From Dehalococcoidia bacterium (GTDB taxonomy: Bacteria > Chloroflexota > Dehalococcoidia > Lucifugimonadales > SHYT01), in the NCBI GenBank assembly GCA_009693045.1, contig SHXZ01000011.1, positions 6,967-70,966 on the forward strand: DNA of 64,000 bases, in the 5' to 3' direction. Positions 19,912 through 30,214 of the stretch are shown piece after piece. Made by a program: the position numbers and the translations under genes. The notes beneath the pieces were generated by a model. That model worked only from the letters and a program-made list of their open reading frames with translations. It had not been told where the DNA came from and searched no databases. Within the stretch, counting starts at the first letter, position 1; each line of letters starts with the position of its first letter.

Positions 19912-20177
19912 CTCGGCCTGCCAACGCCTTCCTTCTCCTCGGCGACTATCCCCCAACCCGCCGCGCGGAGCCGCCGTTCCCTACCCTACGATCGGCGCGC
20001 GAGGCTACTTGTCAGCCTAATCGCAACGCCGCGCGCCCTGAATGGTCGGAACACCTCGCCACGGAACCAGCCTGAGCTTGGTTTAGCCCGCCAGCTCATG
20101 GCGGGACAATCGGCGGCCAGGTCAGCAGGTCCGATGAGGCAGCTTCGACGGGCCGTCGCGCCTGCCTGTACCGGCCA

Positions 20178-20207
20178 TTGACAAACCGCGCAACGGGTGC
20201 ATAGCAT
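20178..20207 (+). promoter_or_regulatory. Candidate sigma70-like promoter (TTGACA-N18-TAGCAT)
   Basis: -35 at 20178-20183 and -10 at 20202-20207, about 70 nt upstream of ATG 20280. Confidence 0.4.
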
Positions 20208-20279
20208 GAAGCTACCCTGCTACGGCTCGCGCCTGGTGGTCGTTCGCTCACCTCTGGTGCACACTGCGGAGCAACAGAC

Positions 20280-20645
20280 ATGCCGGAGAAATACCAGGAA
20301 GAGATAGAAGCCATCCTCCACCAGCACTCGGGCAGCCCGGAAGGCAAAGAGCCCAAGCGGGGGTCTAATCCCTTGGGCAAGCTCGGTGAGAGAAGTGTTC
20401 TGGGCTTCATCACCCCCGGCAGAGTCCTCCTCGCGAGCCTCGCCTTGCTCCTCGTCGGCTTCGTCTTGCGCGGTTCGCTCACCATCCTCATGTGGATCGG
20501 CATCCTCGTCTTCATCATCTCGTACGCCATGTTCTTCGTTCGTTGGGGCGCCAAGCCCCAAAAGCGTTGGCGCGGGAGGCCGGTTAAAGACCGCCGCCTC
20601 CGCACGGACTGGCGCGTGCGGTTCCGCAGCCGCTTTCGCCTCTAG
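20280..20645 (+). CDS. Hypothetical small membrane protein (two predicted TM helices, Arg-rich tail)
   Basis: ORF with a hydrophobic core LLASLALLLVGFVL...ILMWIGILVFIISYAMFFV. No family recognised. Confidence 0.5.
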   Translation: MPEKYQEEIEAILHQHSGSPEGKEPKRGSNPLGKLGERSVLGFITPGRVLLASLALLLVGFVLRGSLTILMWIGILVFIISYAMFFVRWGAKPQKRWRGRPVKDRRLRTDWRVRFRSRFRL

Positions 20646-20852
20646 CGCCCCTCGCGCAGCACGACAGCCTAACTACTTTCTGTGCTGCGTTGTCTGCTGT
20701 TCCCCTGGGCCTACCCGCGTATGCTCATAAGTAGCAGTAGGCGGAAGCTGTCGGAAAAACCTGTGGTGCAGAGGAGCTAAGGGCTTGGGCGAAGCCCAAA
20801 CACAGTGTCGTGCAACGCCGTGGGGAAGTCGTAGAGGGCGAGGTCAAGGCCA

Positions 20853-21783
20853 CTAGTACGCGGTCGTGACCGCTCGGTGCGCCGCAGGCGCGTTCGGACT
20901 CACCCTGCGCCTCAGCCATCGCTGGATCGCCAGCGCGCTCGCGTAGCACCCCCGCTCCGCCAGACCATCGCTGCGCCAGGTGGACCGCCCACAACGAGCA
21001 CGCCCGCAGCTCGACCTCTTCCGCGCCGCCCGGCGCAAGCGGCGTCTGCCCGGCCACCCTGGAAGCCAGCGATGGACTGAGTGACAGGGCCTCAAGCGCG
21101 CAGAGCGCCTGCGCCAGTTGTTGGTCCGCCGCCCCCGCAAGCTGGTCCATGCCCGCGAAGTGGCCCCACCGCGTCCCGTTAAACGCTTGATGAACGTCTC
21201 CCACCAGGGCCTGCGCCCTCGCGGCGAACTGCACCTCCCGGCCCGCGTACGTCGCAATGTCCCGGAACGCGGCGAATTCCTCAGCAAGCAGGCCCACGAG
21301 CCGCGGCGCCGAGTCGCCCGCGGCCCAGATCACGCACTTCAGGTTTCCCTCGTACCGCTCCAGGAGCTTCTGGCCGAGCTGGTTCAGCATGGCCACCCGC
21401 GTCTCCATCAGCTGCAGCTCGCGCGCGCCGTCAAGCAGGCAGGCCAGCTCCAGGCGGCTGATGCGTGACAGGTAGCGCGTGCTCCACAGCGGCGTCCCCT
21501 GCACAAAGGCGCTTCGCAACGCCTCGGCAAGGCCGGCCTCGGGGTCACGCCGCCCAGCGCCGTTGCGAGCGTGCTCGTTGTCCCACAAGCAAAAGTCCAG
21601 AGCGCGCAGCAATAGCAGAAAGTGAAGCGTCCGGTACGTGCCGTCAAAGAAAAGCGGCATGCCTTTGGAGTGGGGAGAAGCCAAGTCGGCGTAGTCTGCC
21701 GAAGCGCAGAAGCGGCTTACGGCGTCGTGGTCAACCTGAACGTGCCGAGCCCGTGCCGCGACATATTCAGCGTCGGCCAGCAA
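20853..21783 (-). pseudogene. DUF2419 / queuosine-salvage (QNG1-like) family gene with a 1-nt frameshift near 20960-20980
   Basis: The N-terminal and middle region matches the family (LDFCLWDNE..., EEVELRACSLWAV). The family-typical C-terminus ...LAIQRWLRRRVSPNAPAAHRAVTTAY-stop lies in another frame (stop 20853) with higher GC3. The FYKRAQ and FADYRVPQ motifs are degraded to FAARAQ and AADQQLAQ. Confidence 0.55.
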
Positions 21784-21933
21784 CGGTAGTGCCAGGGTCG
21801 CGAGAGCGCATATCCCAACCCCCTCCCGGCTCCTGCTGTGAGCACGGCGTCGTTACCCATAATACGGAGCGTGAGGGACGGGTGGATTGGGCATCCAGCG
21901 CTATCGGGCGAGCGGAAGGACGAAGACGTCGTT

Positions 21934-21999
21934 CCCCCTTCCCTTTAGGGAAGGGGGCGAGGGGGTTAGAGCCTGCCCTTGAGCGGAGCGAAGGGTTGG
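21934..21999 (+). repeat. Family-A hairpin and tail followed by a family-D module (CCTGCCCTTGAGCGGAGCGAAGGGT)
   Basis: The D module is near-identical to 30036-30066. Confidence 0.85.
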
Positions 22000-22143
22000 C
22001 GCGTACCGATCATCTCCAGGATTCTTCGCAGATCGATCATGTGGTGGACAAACCAATGCTCTCCGCCATCATGGCGGTGAGTTAGAGCGGGGGTGAAACC
22101 CTGGAGCGACTACTGCCTGGTTACCGTGACCGCCACTACCTGT

Positions 22144-22986
22144 CTAGGTCAGCGCCCTGACAATGCTCCACGTGTTGACCCCCAGCAGCGCCAGCCCCGC
22201 CAGCGCCATCAGCGGACGTGGGGACATGTGCCGCGCCAGGTACGCGCCGATCGGCGTCGTCACCAGGCTTCCCGTCACCAGCGCCGCCACGAGCTGCCAC
22301 TGAAACCCCTTGGACGCCACGCCCAGCAGTAGCGTCGCCGAGCTTGCCGCCGCCACGAACACCTCCACCATGTTCGCCGTGCCCACCGCGTAGCGAGGGT
22401 GCAGGCCCTTCACGAGTATCAGCGCGGAGGTCGCGAACGGCCCGTAGCCGCCCGTCATCGCGTTGATCGCCCCTGCCAGGAATTCCAACACCCACAGCGC
22501 CGACTTCGCCGCGAGGTCGCTCAGCTCCCGCCACCTCGCCGCCAACCGGCTCGGTGCGGCCGTAAGCGTGGTCGCCGCATCGTCGCTCGCGCCCGCAACC
22601 CGCTTCCGCCATGCCGACGGGAACAGCACCCGCAGCAGGATCAGCACGCTCATCCCTAGCAGCACGCACGGCGCCGTCAGCCGGATGAGCTCCAGCGGTA
22701 GGTGCGTGATGAGCAGCCCGCCTGTCACCGCCCCCGCGACCCCCGTCAGCAGCAGCGGCGGAAGCCACCGCCACTGGATGTTTCTCAACCGCCAGTGCGC
22801 CGCGCCGGACAGCAACCCGCTGCCCATCTTGGCCAGGTTCATCGTCGTCGTCGCCGCGCCGGGCGCCACGCCCCCGGCCACCATCACGCTGCTGGGAAGC
22901 ACGCCGAAATCCATGCCCGCCGAAGCGTCCATGAGCTGCCCCATCGCTCCAGCAACCGCCACCAGAATCAGAATCTCAAGGTCCAC
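22144..22986 (-). CDS. TauE/SafE (TSUP) family sulfite/anion exporter
   Basis: Polytopic Gly-rich membrane protein of TSUP type. It is the last gene of the sulfate-assimilation cluster. Confidence 0.8.
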   Translation of the reverse strand: MDLEILILVAVAGAMGQLMDASAGMDFGVLPSSVMVAGGVAPGAATTTMNLAKMGSGLLSGAAHWRLRNIQWRWLPPLLLTGVAGAVTGGLLITHLPLELIRLTAPCVLLGMSVLILLRVLFPSAWRKRVAGASDDAATTLTAAPSRLAARWRELSDLAAKSALWVLEFLAGAINAMTGGYGPFATSALILVKGLHPRYAVGTANMVEVFVAAASSATLLLGVASKGFQWQLVAALVTGSLVTTPIGAYLARHMSPRPLMALAGLALLGVNTWSIVRALT

Positions 22987-23085
22987 TTGCTATCCCTAAC
23001 ACCGTCTGTGCCGTGTCACTGCCATCGCACCAAACACATTGCAGTCCAACCAGCCCCCTCCCATGCTCAACGCATTTCCTTTCGA

Positions 23086-23130
23086 AGCCTGCCCCCGAGC
23101 GAAGCGAAGGGCATTGCGAAGAGGAGCGAA
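23086..23130 (+). repeat. Family-D module (GCCTGCCCCCGAGCGAAGCGAAGGGC...)
   Basis: Shares the GAGCG-AGCGAAGG core with 2030-2060, 21971-21999, 30036-30066 and 31775-31800. Confidence 0.6.
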
Positions 23131-23195
23131 GTTGTTATCTCAAGAAGAGAAATCGTCCCCCTGTTCCTTCGTTGACGAGGCCCCCACTCAACACA

Positions 23196-23228
23196 GAAGC
23201 CCCCTCGGCTTGCGCGCGAGGGGGCTTC
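23196..23228. terminator. Perfect 12-bp GC-rich hairpin (gaagccccctcg / cgagggggcttc) between sat and tauE
   Basis: Seen directly. There is no clear U-tract on either strand, so function as a terminator or mRNA-processing hairpin is inferred. Confidence 0.4.
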
Positions 23229-23372
23229 GTGCCGACCTGGTTCTCTCAGTTGGCGGACGTCAGGCGCACCCCTCCGGCGGCGCACAACAGCACCGGCAGG
23301 CCGTACAGAGGCCGTTGTTCTGCGTGGTAGCCGTGGAGCGCCCAGTTGCCTTCATCGTCCGACCTTCCGTCA

Positions 23373-24563
23373 TCAGCTTGCCGCCGTGTATGCCTTCCGC
23401 AGCACCTCGGCCACCTCGGGCCGCGTCATCTCCACCGGCAGCGTCTGGCCCTTGCTCAGCCGCTCCCGCACCTGCGTGCCGCTCAGCGAAAGCCGCGCGC
23501 CCGCGTCGTGCGGGCACGTCTTCTCCGTCCCCATCCCGCCGCACTTCGTGCACCAGAACGAGTTGTCAAAGAACAGCGGCTGGATCCCCAGTTCCTCGCT
23601 CGTGAACTCGCGGAAGATGTGCTGCGCGTCGTACGTCCCGTAGTAGCGCCCCACCCCCGCGTGGTCGCGCCCCACAATGAAGTGCGTGCAGCCGTAGTTC
23701 TTCCGCGCAATGGCGTGGAAGACCGCCTCGCGCGGCCCCGCGTACCGCATGAACGCCGGATACACCGCCAGCATCACCCGGTTCGCCGGGTAGTAGTTGT
23801 CCAGCAGCACCTTGTAGCACGCCATCCTGATGTCCGCCGGGATGTCGTCACCCTTCGTCTCGCCCACCAGCGGGTGAAGCAACAGCGCGTCCACCAGCTC
23901 CATCGCGCACTTCTGGATATACTCGTGCGCGCGGTGCACCGGGTTCCGCGTCTGGAAGCCGACCACGGTCCGCCAGCCCTTCTGCTGGAACGCCTCGCGT
24001 GATTGCGCGGGCGTCATAAAGTACTGCTCGTGGCCGGAAGGCCCGTGCAGCGGCCCCAGCAGCGTGACCTTGCCGCCCACCAGCAGCTCTCCCTGCGCGT
24101 ACACGTTCGCCACGCCCGGGTGTGCCTCTTCCTCGGTGCGGTACACCGAGCGCGCCTCCAGCTTCTTGTCGTACTCGTAGACCTCCGCCACCTCCATGGA
24201 GCCCACAAGCGCCCCCGCCTGGTCGTGCAACGCCACGCGGCTCCCATCGCGAACGGCGCCGAGCTGCGCGTGCGTGACAGCCAGCGTCACCGGCACCGAC
24301 CACACGACGCCGTTCGCCAGGTGCATGTCCTTGACGACGGCGTGGTAGTCCGCGGCGGTCATGAAGCCTTCCAGCGGGCTGAACGCACCCTGGCTGATGA
24401 GTTGCGAGTCGGACAGCTCACGCGGTCCGAGGGTCAAGGACGGCATAGACGGCGCCTCGCGCCGGAGGGCCACCGCTGCGGCGCCTTCCAGGACGCGGCG
24501 CACCAGCTTGCCGCCGTGGGGAATGGAGAGGCCCGCCTGTGGCGCGCGTGTGCTAGCGACCAC
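23373..24563 (-). CDS. sat: Sulfate adenylyltransferase (ATP sulfurylase)
   Basis: Motifs [27 protein letters not shown] and [11 protein letters not shown] 24563 is chosen as the start (homologues begin near ...IPHGGKLV). The ORF-track start 24638 would overlap cysC by 86 nt. Confidence 0.9.
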   Translation of the reverse strand: MVASTRAPQAGLSIPHGGKLVRRVLEGAAAVALRREAPSMPSLTLGPRELSDSQLISQGAFSPLEGFMTAADYHAVVKDMHLANGVVWSVPVTLAVTHAQLGAVRDGSRVALHDQAGALVGSMEVAEVYEYDKKLEARSVYRTEEEAHPGVANVYAQGELLVGGKVTLLGPLHGPSGHEQYFMTPAQSREAFQQKGWRTVVGFQTRNPVHRAHEYIQKCAMELVDALLLHPLVGETKGDDIPADIRMACYKVLLDNYYPANRVMLAVYPAFMRYAGPREAVFHAIARKNYGCTHFIVGRDHAGVGRYYGTYDAQHIFREFTSEELGIQPLFFDNSFWCTKCGGMGTEKTCPHDAGARLSLSGTQVRERLSKGQTLPVEMTRPEVAEVLRKAYTAAS

Positions 24564-25143
24564 GGGCGCCCGCCTTTGCCGGAGCCAGCAAGCCTCGAGT
24601 TTCCAAAGCGCGCAGCACTTTCGCCACGCTCTCGTCAACGGTCTCCTTGGAGGAGTCCACCACCACCTCAGGGTTCAGCGGCGCCTCGTACGGGTCCGAG
24701 ACGCCCGTGAAGTTCTTGATCTCTCCCGCGATCGCCTTCTTGTATAGCCCCTTCACGTCCCGCTCAACCAGCGTGTCCAGCGGGCAGTGCACGTACACTT
24801 CCACGAAGCTGCCCACCTGCTTGCGCACCTCGTCCCGCACCTCGCGGTAAGGGGAGATCGCCGCCGCGATGGCCGTCACGCCGTTGCGCGTCAGCAGGTC
24901 GCACACGAAGCCGATGCGCCGGATGTTCGTGTCGCGGTCTTCTTTGCTAAAACCCAGGCCTTTGCTCAGGTTCGTGCGGACCACGTCCCCGTCCAGCACC
25001 TCAACCTTGTGGCCGCGCTCCCGCAGAATCGGGACCAGCTTGTCCGCTATCGTCGTCTTGCCCGCCCCGGAAAGGCCCGTAAACCAGATGGTTACGCCCT
25101 TGTCCCAGGCGCCGCTGCTGCTTCTGCCGCCGTTGGTGCTCAT
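24553..25143 (-). CDS. cysC: Adenylylsulfate (APS) kinase
   Basis: Motifs [12 protein letters not shown] and DGDVVR. Confidence 0.93.
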   Translation of the reverse strand: MSTNGGRSSSGAWDKGVTIWFTGLSGAGKTTIADKLVPILRERGHKVEVLDGDVVRTNLSKGLGFSKEDRDTNIRRIGFVCDLLTRNGVTAIAAAISPYREVRDEVRKQVGSFVEVYVHCPLDTLVERDVKGLYKKAIAGEIKNFTGVSDPYEAPLNPEVVVDSSKETVDESVAKVLRALETRGLLAPAKAGARGR

Positions 25144-25267
25144 TCGGTTTTTGTCCGCTCCTTCTCGATATATCGGGGGCTTCCTTGCCCCTTTTCACAG
25201 CGTAGGACCGATTCACGAATCGGCCCTACGCTGTGCGCCTTGTTGTGCTTGTCCCTCTCGGAGCTAT

Positions 25268-25309
25268 CCTCTTCCTCTTGATGGGGGAGAGTTAGCGAGG
25301 GGATGAAAC
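25268..25309 (+). repeat. Family-E repeat between cysC and cysH
   Basis: cctcttcctcttgatgggggagag-ttagcgaggggatgaaac. Confidence 0.65.
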
Positions 25310-26062
25310 GTCTAATGCCTGCGGCTTTGCCGCCTCAACCCCCGCGGTAACGCTACCGGAGACGTTGATGCCGCACTCCACCTTGTCAAAGCCCTTCCAG
25401 CGCCCCGCCCGCTCGTCCTCGCCCTCCTTCACCGGCTTCGTGCAGTGCGTGCACCCAATGCTCGGAAAGCCCTTCGCGTGGAGCGCGTTCGTCGGCACGT
25501 TGTGCGCTGCGATGTACTCCTTCACCTGGCGGCTCGTCCACGCGGCCAGCGGGTTCAGCTTCACCACCTCGTACTTCTCGTCCCACTCCACCACGCCAAC
25601 CGCGGCGCGGGTGGAGCCCTGGTCGCGGCGCAGTCCGCTAATCCACGCCCGCTCGCCTGACAAAGCCCGGCCCGTCGGCTCAACCTTGCGCAACTCGCAG
25701 CAGCGGTCCGGGTCCCGCGCCCACAGCGCCTCGCCGAACTCCTTCGCCTGCTGCTCCGGCGTCCACCGCGACTTGTAGCCGACAGGGTTGATTCCATACC
25801 GGCGGGCCGCCTCTTCCACCAGGGCGTAGGTCTCCGGGAACAGGAAGTCCGTGTCCCCGTAGAACACCTTCACCTTGGGATTAATCTTCACGGCCATGTC
25901 CAGGATGGTCATGCCGGTGATGCCGCCGAAGCTGCACGCCAGCTTGATTTTGTCCCCAAACTCCTTGAACCCCCAAGCGAGCAGCTCCTGGGGGGTCTTG
26001 CCCTCCAGCAGACCCTGCCACTTAGGGATATGGGACTGGTCGTTCAGATAAGTCGTAGTCAC
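25292..26062 (-). CDS. cysH: Phosphoadenosine-phosphosulfate/adenylylsulfate reductase, Fe-S (APS-reductase) type
   Basis: PAPS_reduct fold, C-terminal ECGI motif, and the Cys pairs CCELRK and GCTHC typical of [4Fe-4S] APS reductases. Confidence 0.88.
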   Translation of the reverse strand: MTTTYLNDQSHIPKWQGLLEGKTPQELLAWGFKEFGDKIKLACSFGGITGMTILDMAVKINPKVKVFYGDTDFLFPETYALVEEAARRYGINPVGYKSRWTPEQQAKEFGEALWARDPDRCCELRKVEPTGRALSGERAWISGLRRDQGSTRAAVGVVEWDEKYEVVKLNPLAAWTSRQVKEYIAAHNVPTNALHAKGFPSIGCTHCTKPVKEGEDERAGRWKGFDKVECGINVSGSVTAGVEAAKPQALDVSSPR

Positions 26063-26084
26063 CCTTGTTCCTCCATTGACTTAA

Positions 26085-26129
26085 CCCCCTGGCCCCTCCC
26101 TTCTAGGGAAGGGGCCAGGGGAGAGGTTA
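26085..26129 (+). repeat. Family-A variant (long hairpin cccctggcccctccc / gggaaggggccagggg plus agaggtt tail), between cysH and sir
   Basis: Seen directly. Confidence 0.8.
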
Positions 26130-27926
26130 TATCGCGCACTCGCCCTCGCCGCGCTGCACCTTGTACAGCACCGACCGGCCGTAGTCTATGTACAGGTCAA
26201 TCGTCTCGCGGCCCATCCTGGGCACCTCGGCCAGCGGCGTGAACATCTCCTCAAAATAGCCCACGCCCATCCGGTCCACCCAGTTGTTGAAGATCTCGCC
26301 CTGCTTGCGTCCCTTCATGTACTCATCCATGACCATCGTGATGGCCTGCGGGACGCGCTTGGAAGGCACCTTGGTCTTCAGCCGGTGGCCCACGCGGATC
26401 GGCTGCACCTGGCTCCCGCCGATGTACACTTCGTACGCGGGGATCTGGCCGCTGTCGTTCCGCATCGCCGCGCCCTGGAACCCAAAGTTGCCCAGGTGGT
26501 GCTGGCCGCAGCCGTCCGGACAGCCGGAGATGTTGATACGCACCTGCCGCGCCAGCGGGTCGGTGATCTGCATCGTCTTCACGAAGTCCGTCAGGTACGA
26601 GCCCATCAGCGTGGACGCCGTGATGCCCAGCGCGCAGCTCTCCGTGCCGGGGCACGAGACCACGTCCGCGATCTCGTCCGCGCCCGCCTCGCCCAGGCCC
26701 ATCTCCTTCAACTTCAAGTAAAGCGCGTACAGGTGCGCCTGCCGTACCCACCGGAAGGTCAGGTTCTGCCGGAACGTCGTTCGGATGAACGGCCCGTCGC
26801 CCGCGAAGTCCCGCACCAGCTTGCCCAGCGCGATGAACTGGTCGCCCGTCAGGTTCCCCATCGGCACCCGGATGGTGGCGACGGCGTAGCCCGGCTGCTT
26901 CTGTGGCTTCACGTTGGAGTCTTTCCACTCCCGGTAGCCCGCGTCGCCCGCGCGCTCCTTCACGACCGCCGCGGCAGGGATCCCAGGCCGGACCTCCTGC
27001 TCCTCGTCGTCCATCGCGCCCAGCGTGTCCAGGTCAAAGTCCTTCTTCGCCCAGTCGCCCTTCAGCTCCTCTTCCACCAGCGTGCGGAAGGCCTCTATGC
27101 CCACGCGGTCCACCAGGACCTTGATGCGCGCCTTCATGCGGTTCTTCCGCAGCTCGTCCGACTTGTTGAACACCCGGACGACCGCCTCGGAGACCCGCAG
27201 AAAGTCTTCCACCGGGGAGAACTCATACAGCGTCGGGGCCATGCGGGGCATGATGGACAGTCCGCCGCCCACGACGACCTTGAAGCCCTTGCGCCCGCCT
27301 TGCACCTTGGCGATGAACCCGATGTCATGCATCGGCGTCATCGCGCAGTCGCTGTCGCAGCCGGAAAACGCGGGCTTGAACTTGCGCGGCATGTTCTGCG
27401 TTACCGGGTGCCGCACCAGGAAGCGCCCGAACGCCGCCGCGTACGGCGTCACGTCAAACGGCTCCGTGGAGCAGACGCCCTGCATCGGGCAGCCGGTGAT
27501 GTTGCGCACCGTGTTGCCGCACGCCTCGCGCGTCGTAAGCCCCACCTCGCCAAGGATGCGTATCGCCTCGCTGGATTGCTCCAGCTTCATGAAGTGAAGC
27601 TGCACGTTCTCACGCGTGGTAAAGTGCCCGCGCTTCGTTTCGGTGAAGTCCCGCGCAAGCCTGCCCACGGCCTCAAGCTGCGCGGCCGTCAGGCGGCCCA
27701 GCGGCATCTTGATGCGCATCATCTGCACGCCCGGCTGCCGCTGGCCGTACACGCCCTGGCGCAGCCGGAAGGCCCGGAACTCCGTCGCGTCGGCCTTCCC
27801 GTCCAGGAACGCCTGCGTCCGGTCCTCAAAATGGTCAACTTCCTCCGGCAGGTACGGCAGCACCTCAATGAACTTGCGTCCGTTGCCGCCGCTTCCCGAT
27901 CGCGGCTCCTTCACCAGCGTCATCAA
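26127..27926 (-). CDS. sir: Ferredoxin-dependent sulfite reductase hemoprotein (siroheme/[4Fe-4S])
   Basis: Two NIR_SIR repeats. Cluster/siroheme Cys motifs CGNTVRNITGCP and SGCPDGCGQHH. Confidence 0.9.
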   Translation of the reverse strand: MMTLVKEPRSGSGGNGRKFIEVLPYLPEEVDHFEDRTQAFLDGKADATEFRAFRLRQGVYGQRQPGVQMMRIKMPLGRLTAAQLEAVGRLARDFTETKRGHFTTRENVQLHFMKLEQSSEAIRILGEVGLTTREACGNTVRNITGCPMQGVCSTEPFDVTPYAAAFGRFLVRHPVTQNMPRKFKPAFSGCDSDCAMTPMHDIGFIAKVQGGRKGFKVVVGGGLSIMPRMAPTLYEFSPVEDFLRVSEAVVRVFNKSDELRKNRMKARIKVLVDRVGIEAFRTLVEEELKGDWAKKDFDLDTLGAMDDEEQEVRPGIPAAAVVKERAGDAGYREWKDSNVKPQKQPGYAVATIRVPMGNLTGDQFIALGKLVRDFAGDGPFIRTTFRQNLTFRWVRQAHLYALYLKLKEMGLGEAGADEIADVVSCPGTESCALGITASTLMGSYLTDFVKTMQITDPLARQVRINISGCPDGCGQHHLGNFGFQGAAMRNDSGQIPAYEVYIGGSQVQPIRVGHRLKTKVPSKRVPQAITMVMDEYMKGRKQGEIFNNWVDRMGVGYFEEMFTPLAEVPRMGRETIDLYIDYGRSVLYKVQRGEGECAI

Positions 27927-27952
27927 CCCCTCCTTACTATCCTTAGATACGG

Positions 27953-28147
27953 CTATCGCCGGAGGTGGTGCTGGTCCTCCGAAAGCTCCACGGGCACGAT
28001 GCGGCCCAGCACGACAGAAAACCAGGCTACGCCGCGAGAGAGCTGTGAGAGAAGAGCGGAGGTAGGGCGCGGGTAGGCGCCTACGAGACCTAGGTCGGCC
28101 TCGTGGCTATGAGACTCGTGATGAATAACTGGTGTCGTAGCTGGCAT
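27953..28147 (-). CDS. Possible His-rich small ORF / leader peptide upstream of sir (64 codons)
   Basis: Good RBS (aggaggga-N4-ATG). Third-position GC is clearly lower than in neighbouring genes and no family was recognised. Confidence 0.2.
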   Translation of the reverse strand: MPATTPVIHHESHSHEADLGLVGAYPRPTSALLSQLSRGVAWFSVVLGRIVPVELSEDQHHLRR

Positions 28148-28343
28148 GTGGTCCCTCCTGTACCGTTCGTGACAATGCCGACTGGTCCCTAAGCGTTACA
28201 GAGCTGCTACACGCGCAGCAGCCCTGCTCGCTACAGGTACAGCGGCAGGTACAGAAGCAGGCTCCCACGCCGTGGGGAAAGGCCCGCCCGCTCGGATTCG
28301 CCGTATTCACCAGACTCATTGGACTCCCCGTGCTCCGTGCATG

Positions 28344-28450
28344 AAAAAAGCCCCGTCCTGTCCACAACGCAGAACGGGGCCTGGCGCTCTTACTGAGAGC
28401 GCAGCCCCTAGGTGCAACAACAGATGTCGGACTGTCTTCGCGTAACCATC
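28344..28450 (-). ncRNA. Unclassified RNA of about 107 nt (sRNA or attenuator leader) bounded by its own promoter and an intrinsic terminator
   Basis: The promoter is at 28457-28486. Internal 7-bp hairpin gcgctct/agagcgc. Terminal hairpin gccccgu...acggggc (28350-28380) is followed by UUUUUU (28349-28344). Confidence 0.45.
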
Positions 28451-28456
28451 CCGTAT

Positions 28457-28486
28457 ATCTTAGTGATGAGTTTCCCACCCTGTCAA
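28457..28486 (-). promoter_or_regulatory. Sigma70-like promoter TTGACA-N18-TAAGAT driving the 28450-28344 RNA
   Basis: -35 at 28486-28481 and -10 at 28462-28457 on the minus strand. Confidence 0.5.
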
Positions 28487-28576
28487 GAGTCGCTTCTGCC
28501 GCCAGGGTCTTTTCATGGTCTTCCTGAGAGCGCCCGCCTTGTCGCCCGCGCGCCGCTACGACCTCATGTTCATCCT

Positions 28577-28604
28577 TTGGTAGCCCAGCCGCGGGTGCTA
28601 TACT
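28577..28604 (+). promoter_or_regulatory. Candidate selD promoter (TTGGTA-N16-TATACT)
   Basis: -35 at 28577-28582 and -10 at 28599-28604. RBS aaaggag at 28618-28624, then GTG at 28632. Confidence 0.45.
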
Positions 28605-28631
28605 GGGCGCATCCTGTAAAGGAGCGCGTTC

Positions 28632-29678
<1,047 letters not shown>

Positions 29679-29694
29679 GCTCCGCCGCGGCTTT

Positions 29695-30066
29695 CCCTCT
29701 CTCTTGATGGGAGAGGGCGAGGGTAGAAACCTCGCGCCCCCACCACATCGACCAAGAGGAATTACGATGCAAAGCGCTCCGCTGCGCAGAAGCCTTCTCC
29801 TATGGTGCCCTTCTTGCGCTCATTGTAGGGGCGGCTCTCGAGCCGCCCACCCACGTCTGGGCGTGAAAAGCCACCTCATCCGAAAGGACCACAGCCGACG
29901 TTGAGCAAAGGACGCGGCACTTTTTCCTGCCGTTCCCGGTTCTGTCCTGAGTAGAGCGACTGGGTGGAGCCACCCCCCTTCCCTAAAGGGAAGGGGGCAG
30001 GGGATTAGGTTCGCGCCATCAAGCCAGGGGGGTTAGAGCCTGCCCTTGAGCGGAGCGAAGGGTCGG
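29695..30066 (+). repeat. Repeat cluster downstream of selD: E (29695-29730), B (29825-29852), A (29974-30010), D (30024-30066)
   Basis: Each module matches copies elsewhere in the window. Confidence 0.8.
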
Positions 30067-30214
30067 CCCCTTGACGCCGTCACCGCCTTCCTGAACAATC
30101 TCCACCAGACCAGCCTCGGTCAGAGCTTAGCCGTCACCGCCGGAGGGGGGCGCCCTCCGTTCCCAAGACCAACGCCCAGAGGACCGTGCCTGAGAACCGT
30201 GATGGAGGGCCGTA

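Noticed and set aside
28344-28450. tRNA-Sec (selC) next to selD
   Set aside because: The length of about 107 nt and the position were suggestive. However, there is no acceptor-stem complementarity (no ccatccc to pair with the 5' gggatgg), no T-loop, and the only 7-nt loop reads UCAGUAA, with C rather than U at position 33 and no correctly placed UCA anticodon.
27927-28486. SAM-I or SAM-IV riboswitch upstream of the sulfite-reductase operon
   Set aside because: By eye I could not find the conserved SAM-I/IV core elements, such as the GAGGGA...GCCC...GCAACC-type segments. The region is left as unclassified RNA instead.
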